This document shows positions 9,020 to 13,213 of a stretch of 13,213 nt of DNA, piece by piece; the stretch's first letter is position 1, and each line of letters starts with the position of its first letter. Position numbers and translations under genes: made by a program. Source of the DNA: Paraspadella gotoi (Eukaryota; Animalia; Chaetognatha); the NCBI GenBank assembly GCA_051294375.1, contig CM119264.1, positions 3,394,229 to 3,407,441 on the forward strand. Direction: 5' to 3'. The notes below the pieces were generated by a model. It was not told the DNA's origin, did no database searches, and saw nothing but the letters and a program-made list of their open reading frames with translations.

Positions 9020-9097
9020 TTTTTAGTTGAGTCGAGAGTCACTTTTCGGTCGGTCGGTCCATTGTTTCTGATTCTCTTACGATTTAAATACTCATAA
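9020..9097 (+). mobile_element. DINE-1/HINE-like element end, copy 3 (opposite orientation)
   Basis: Reverse complement reads TTATGAGTATTTAAATCGTAAG...GGACCGACCGACCGAAAAGTGACTCTCGACTCAACTAAAAA. It shares TTATGAG...TAAG, GACCGAAAAGTGA and AACTAAAA with copy 1. Confidence 0.55.
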
Positions 9098-9739
9098 CAT
9101 AGCTAATAAAAAAATGTTTTTGGGAATAGATCTTTTATTAAAAATGGGCGAAAGAAAAATCATTAAATAAAGTAAATTTATATATATTTAATTATTGTTT
9201 TTTTAGTATTTTACGATTTTCTTGATGGTGAATAGTCTGGATACAAATATATGTTTCTATTTCTCTCATATAATATGACTTTAATTACCAATTGTAATTC
9301 GGTATTTAACAAGCGTGCTTTAAAAATCTCTGAAGTACTTTCTCTTTTCGCATCACTCTGCCCATTTCATCCCCTCACACTGACTCACCTCACCTCCCCC
9401 CCCCAAAAAAAAAGAGAACTATGTGCATCCATCACTGATTTTCACAAAATTCGACGCCTCACAATTCGTGAAGCTCGAAACAAAAAGGAGAAGGGGAAGA
9501 TTTTAAGTCGTCGACCCGCTTTTTTTTTAAATCGTGATCACATGATATGATATGACATGTCATGACTAAATTACTTTATTCGCCCGTGTATTTATGAAAT
9601 GCACTGCATATAAATTACGTCTTTTGTTCTTGAAGGCGAAATTTCCTTAGACTTAAGGTTTTTTCTGTCCTAAAAAATAAGCAAATTATATATTATATAT
9701 ATATTATATATATTATATTATTTATATATATATTATATT

Positions 9740-9863
9740 ATAAGCAAATTATATGCATTTTTAACGTAAGTGGGAAAGACCTACGGACAGACATATCAAC
9801 CGATAGACGAACAGACCTACAGACCGACCGACAGACAGACCGAAAAGTTGATTCGAGAGGTTG
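9740..9863 (-). mobile_element. DINE-1/HINE-like element end, copy 4 (terminus lost in a GA tract)
   Basis: Aligns to both copy 1 and copy 2; ends GACCGAAAAGTTGATTCGAGAGGTTG and then turns into (GA)n. Confidence 0.58.
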
Positions 9864-10042
9864 AGAGAGAGAGAGAGGAGAGATGAGAGAGAGAGGAGAA
9901 GAGCGAGCATGAGAGAAGAGAGAGAGAGTAGAAGACGAGAGAGAGAGAGAGAGGAGAGAGAGCAGATGCAGAGTGAGAGAGAGATCTGCAGTACAGACCT
10001 CGGCAGAAGATGAAGAAGACGAGAGACAGAGAGAGAGAGAGG
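9864..10042. repeat. Noisy/degenerate (GA)n tract
   Basis: GA background with irregular indels and substitutions. Confidence 0.8.
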
Positions 10043-10979
10043 AGTTCGCGCGTTCGTTATCGATTCACATTAGATCTTTGATCTTAGGGACCAAGTGAAC
10101 AGGGGGGGTAAAAATCTGAAAACATAACGTTTCGACCTTTAACTTAAGCTGGTTCTGATCATATAAGTATTTTCTTTCCTATATCTTGGGAATTGTATTT
10201 AAAAATATCGCGATATATGCGAGTCATCAGGCGAGCAAATCTTTGCTTTAAAAAATCGGTTAAGAAGAAAAATCTTTTTCAAGTTTAAATTTTTTTTTTT
10301 TAAAATAGGTAAGATCTAATTTTAAAAAGATTTCAGCTTTTATCATTAAAAATTTAATAAGAAAAACTAGGCAAATGAATCAAAATTTAAGGTATCGACT
10401 GTATTAAACTCTTCTTTTAAATGATTCTGTTTAATTGGATGAAAAATAAAACTCTCTTGAAGTAAATATAATATATAAAGAAGAAAAAGATTCTGTACTT
10501 TTGCTAAATTTTTATTGTTATAATTAGGGATATTATTCATTTAGGATAATCATGAAATTATAATATTATTAATATTCTGTTTCTGTAAGAATAGAATTTA
10601 GGTTTGATTGTCAGCTTTTAAGCTAAATATAAAAATAAAAAAATATTAGTCTTTGTAAAGCCTTTGTTCAATGAGGCTTAAACCTAAATTATATCTTTGC
10701 TACAGTAAAAATAAAAACAATTGGAATTTACGTATACTTTCTATGCAAAAATTAAATAATGGTATATATAAATATTTAAGGTAGGGTCAACTAAATTTTT
10801 TTCAAATTAATTAAAATTTTTGTTTCGCTTAGAATAAGAGATAGGAATTTTTTTGCCACTTTCCGTGCAAAAAAAATATACTATACACCATTCAAATTCC
10901 TTTGATGATAGACCCTTAAGCTCATATGATATCATTTTTATCACTGGGCGTCCCCTTAAGGATTTTCGATCGTTTTACA

Positions 10980-11190
10980 CATTCGCGGTCGTCTCTGCTA
11001 GTTGCTGAGCCTCGATTACCTGGAGAGGGGGGGGGGTACCGGCATTGTGTGTGGGGGGAGATGTTTGTAATCGTGATGTCGTGTTGTGAAATCTCCCCGA
11101 AAGACAAAGGCCTCAATATTTGTAGACGTTCTCTATGCTTAACGATCTTGCAGGCGTGTCGCAATAAATCAAATCAATCAATCAATCAAA
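10980..11190 (+). mobile_element. Possible SINE or LINE 3'-end remnant
   Basis: GC-richer block with a hairpin (11055-11098), ending in AATAAA followed by ATCAA/(ATCA)n. No RT ORF, clear Pol III boxes or TSD seen; the 5' boundary is approximate. Confidence 0.3.
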
Positions 11191-11795
11191 AACCATCAAT
11201 TAAATCAAAAAATCACTCATTAAATCATCAGTCCTACTCAATCATCATCGAGGCTTCCTTCCCTTCCTGCTTTGTACAGAGAAAACTTTTTGTTGTCCTT
11301 CAACTATTTCAGCCATGAGCAATAGGGCTATAAAATATTAAAATCTTAAGCGCTATCTTCATTGCTTTAAAGTTGTTTTATCAACAAATAGAATTGAGCA
11401 AGCAATTAACCAAGTTTAGGACTCTCAACAACAATTAGTAAATGAATTCATCATCATCATCAACAACAAACACACAGCTTCCTTCAAATCGCAAGCACGG
11501 TCCGTTCGACTGGGGGTTCAGGTAGTCTCGATTTCGAACGCTTGACTTAACACCCTTGTCTAAAAATTCAGAGTAACGTAACCTAAACGTCAGTGTCAAT
11601 CCTAAAGAGACTCGATCCTGATCAGGTTAGAGGATCGTAATTTTTTGGACTGATAAGGACATTTTATTAATCGATGTAAAGAAATGATTTTTTAAACGGA
11701 TGTTTACCTACGGAGGACAAAGTTTATTCCCCAATTATATTAAAGCTTACCGTACGCATATTTTATTATTCGTGAGGTCGCAATCATGACAATAT

Positions 11796-11814
11796 TGACG
11801 TCACATATATAAAA
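11796..11814 (+). promoter_or_regulatory. Full CRE palindrome next to TATAAAA
   Basis: TGACGTCA 11796-11803; TATAAAA 11808-11814. Motif match only. Confidence 0.2.
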
Positions 11815-11947
11815 TGGTGCTTTAATGTTAAATGACAAAAAATACAATTCTCATTGCCTCTTCTAACTAAAGGCTGGAGGTTTTAAAACATTCGAATTGG
11901 TTGTATTTTGTCAATATAAATTATGCCGTGACAGATTTGTGGGAAAT

Positions 11948-12410
11948 GAGCGGAGAGCGAGGACGAGAGAGAGAGAGAAGAGAGAGAGACGAATTGAGAG
12001 AGAAAGGACAGAAGTAAGAGAGGAGAGAGAGAAGACAGACCAGACCTACAGGACGGACGACGAGATCAGCAGAGAGGATGAAGACAAGAGACGACGGAGA
12101 CCGAGAACTGATAAGATCCGACGCAGAGGAGGGTGAGGGAATCTGAACGCAACTGGCGCGGACACAAAGAGAGCGATTAGAATAAGAGCCTAGAGAGATT
12201 CGGAACAGAAGATCGAGAAATCACAGAGAGAGGAACAATAGAGAAAACAAGAAAAAAGAGAGAGAGAGAAGACCGAGAGAGAGAGACGAGATGATGATTA
12301 GAGAGAGACGAGCCGAAATCGACTAGCCCACGACGAGAGAGGTGTGGGGCGAGACGAGAGACCTGAGAAAAGAAAGAAAGAAAAAAAGAAAGAAAGAAAG
12401 AAAGAAAGAG
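11948..12410. repeat. Noisy/degenerate GA-rich tract ending in (GAAA)n
   Basis: Purine-rich GA background with irregular interruptions; GAAA units from about 12366. Confidence 0.8.
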
Positions 12411-12439
12411 AAAATTGGCTCTCAAAAATAGTACTTTTG

Positions 12440-12621
12440 TCAGGTTCTATCTGAGAAGCCATTAATAAAATTCATTGGTTTCCGTGCCTCCCGCGGGTTG
12501 GCTGTCGTTTCTGCTGCAATTACTGCGTCAATTATTGCCGCAGTCGCTGCCGCTGCGGTTATTTGCTGTTGCTGCTTCTCTCGTTGTTGTTGTTGTTGTT
12601 GACAAGAGAAATTGCTCGTTT
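12440..12621 (-). CDS. Candidate terminal exon encoding a Q/A-rich peptide (TSNFSCQQQQQQREKQQQQITAAAATAAIIDAVIAAETTANPREARKPMNFINGFSDRT*)
   Basis: Stop-free 59-codon frame after a pyrimidine tract and a weak AAG acceptor, ending in TGA (12440-12442). The polyQ/polyA content may just reflect CAA/GCA repeats. Confidence 0.2.
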
Positions 12622-12675
12622 CTTTGTGATCAAGAGAGGGAGGAAATGGAGGTGGAGAAATAAGTAAGATAGGAG

Positions 12676-12677
<2 letters not shown>

Positions 12678-12710
<33 letters not shown>

Positions 12711-12890
12711 NNNNNNNNNNNNNNNNNNNNNNNNNNNNNNNNNNNNNNNNNNNNNNNNNNNNNNNNNNNNNNNNNNNNNNNNNNNNNNNNNNNNNNNNNN
12801 NNNNNNNNNNNNNNNNNNNNNNNNNNNNNNNNNNNNNNNNNNNNNNNNNNNNNNNNNNNNNNNNNNNNNNNNNNNNNNNNNNNNNNNNNN

Positions 12891-12922
<32 letters not shown>
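12678..12922. repeat. (GA)n microsatellite spanning a gap (N 12711-12890)
   Basis: GA repeats on both sides of 180 N. Confidence 0.97.
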
Positions 12923-12924
<2 letters not shown>

Positions 12925-13213
12925 GCGGGGAAACTCAAAATGATAAAAGCGAAGAAATTCCTGCGAAAATCTCGATCATCATTCTTATTTTTTTTAATTT
13001 TTCTTCTTTTCTTTTTTTCTTTTTTCCTGTTTTTCTTTTCTTTTCCTTCGAATTTTTCTTTTCTTTTCTTTTGCTTTCATTTTATATTTCCAAATGTATT
13101 TTCAGAATATCTTGTTAAACGTCATTCTCGTTTTAAATGTATGTACTGTACATTATTTCCTAACCCCATCACTTCTTTTATCTCTCTCCTCCTCCTCCTC
13201 CTTCTCCTCCTCC

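Noticed and set aside
10776-10960. TTAAGG...CCTTAA ends suggesting a Kolobok/piggyBac-type MITE
   Set aside because: The ends do not form a matching TIR beyond a few bases.
10926-11318. 130-aa ORF
   Set aside because: No recognisable domain, and it reads through the (ATCA)n tail.

Overview
AT-rich, microsatellite-dense eukaryotic genomic DNA, probably an invertebrate animal (inference: CpG is plentiful and the repeat types fit), from a draft assembly with six N-gaps. I recognise no protein-coding gene, RNA gene or CRISPR array. Nearly all ORF-track entries are translations of simple repeats or gaps. The window looks like a large intron or intergenic region. The best-supported non-trivial structure is a dispersed family of short non-autonomous elements (four copies) that combine a (GACC/GACG/GACA)n tract, a GACCGAAAAGT motif and a terminal hairpin plus TAAAA, resembling DINE-1/HINE (Helentron-associated) elements. 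Other items are a G-free 30-bp minisatellite with a 90-bp higher-order period, a candidate 9-nt microexon with consensus splice sites, two weak minus-strand exon candidates, a possible SINE/LINE-like 3' end and several regulatory-motif clusters. I cannot support a claim of a new multi-gene system from this sequence.
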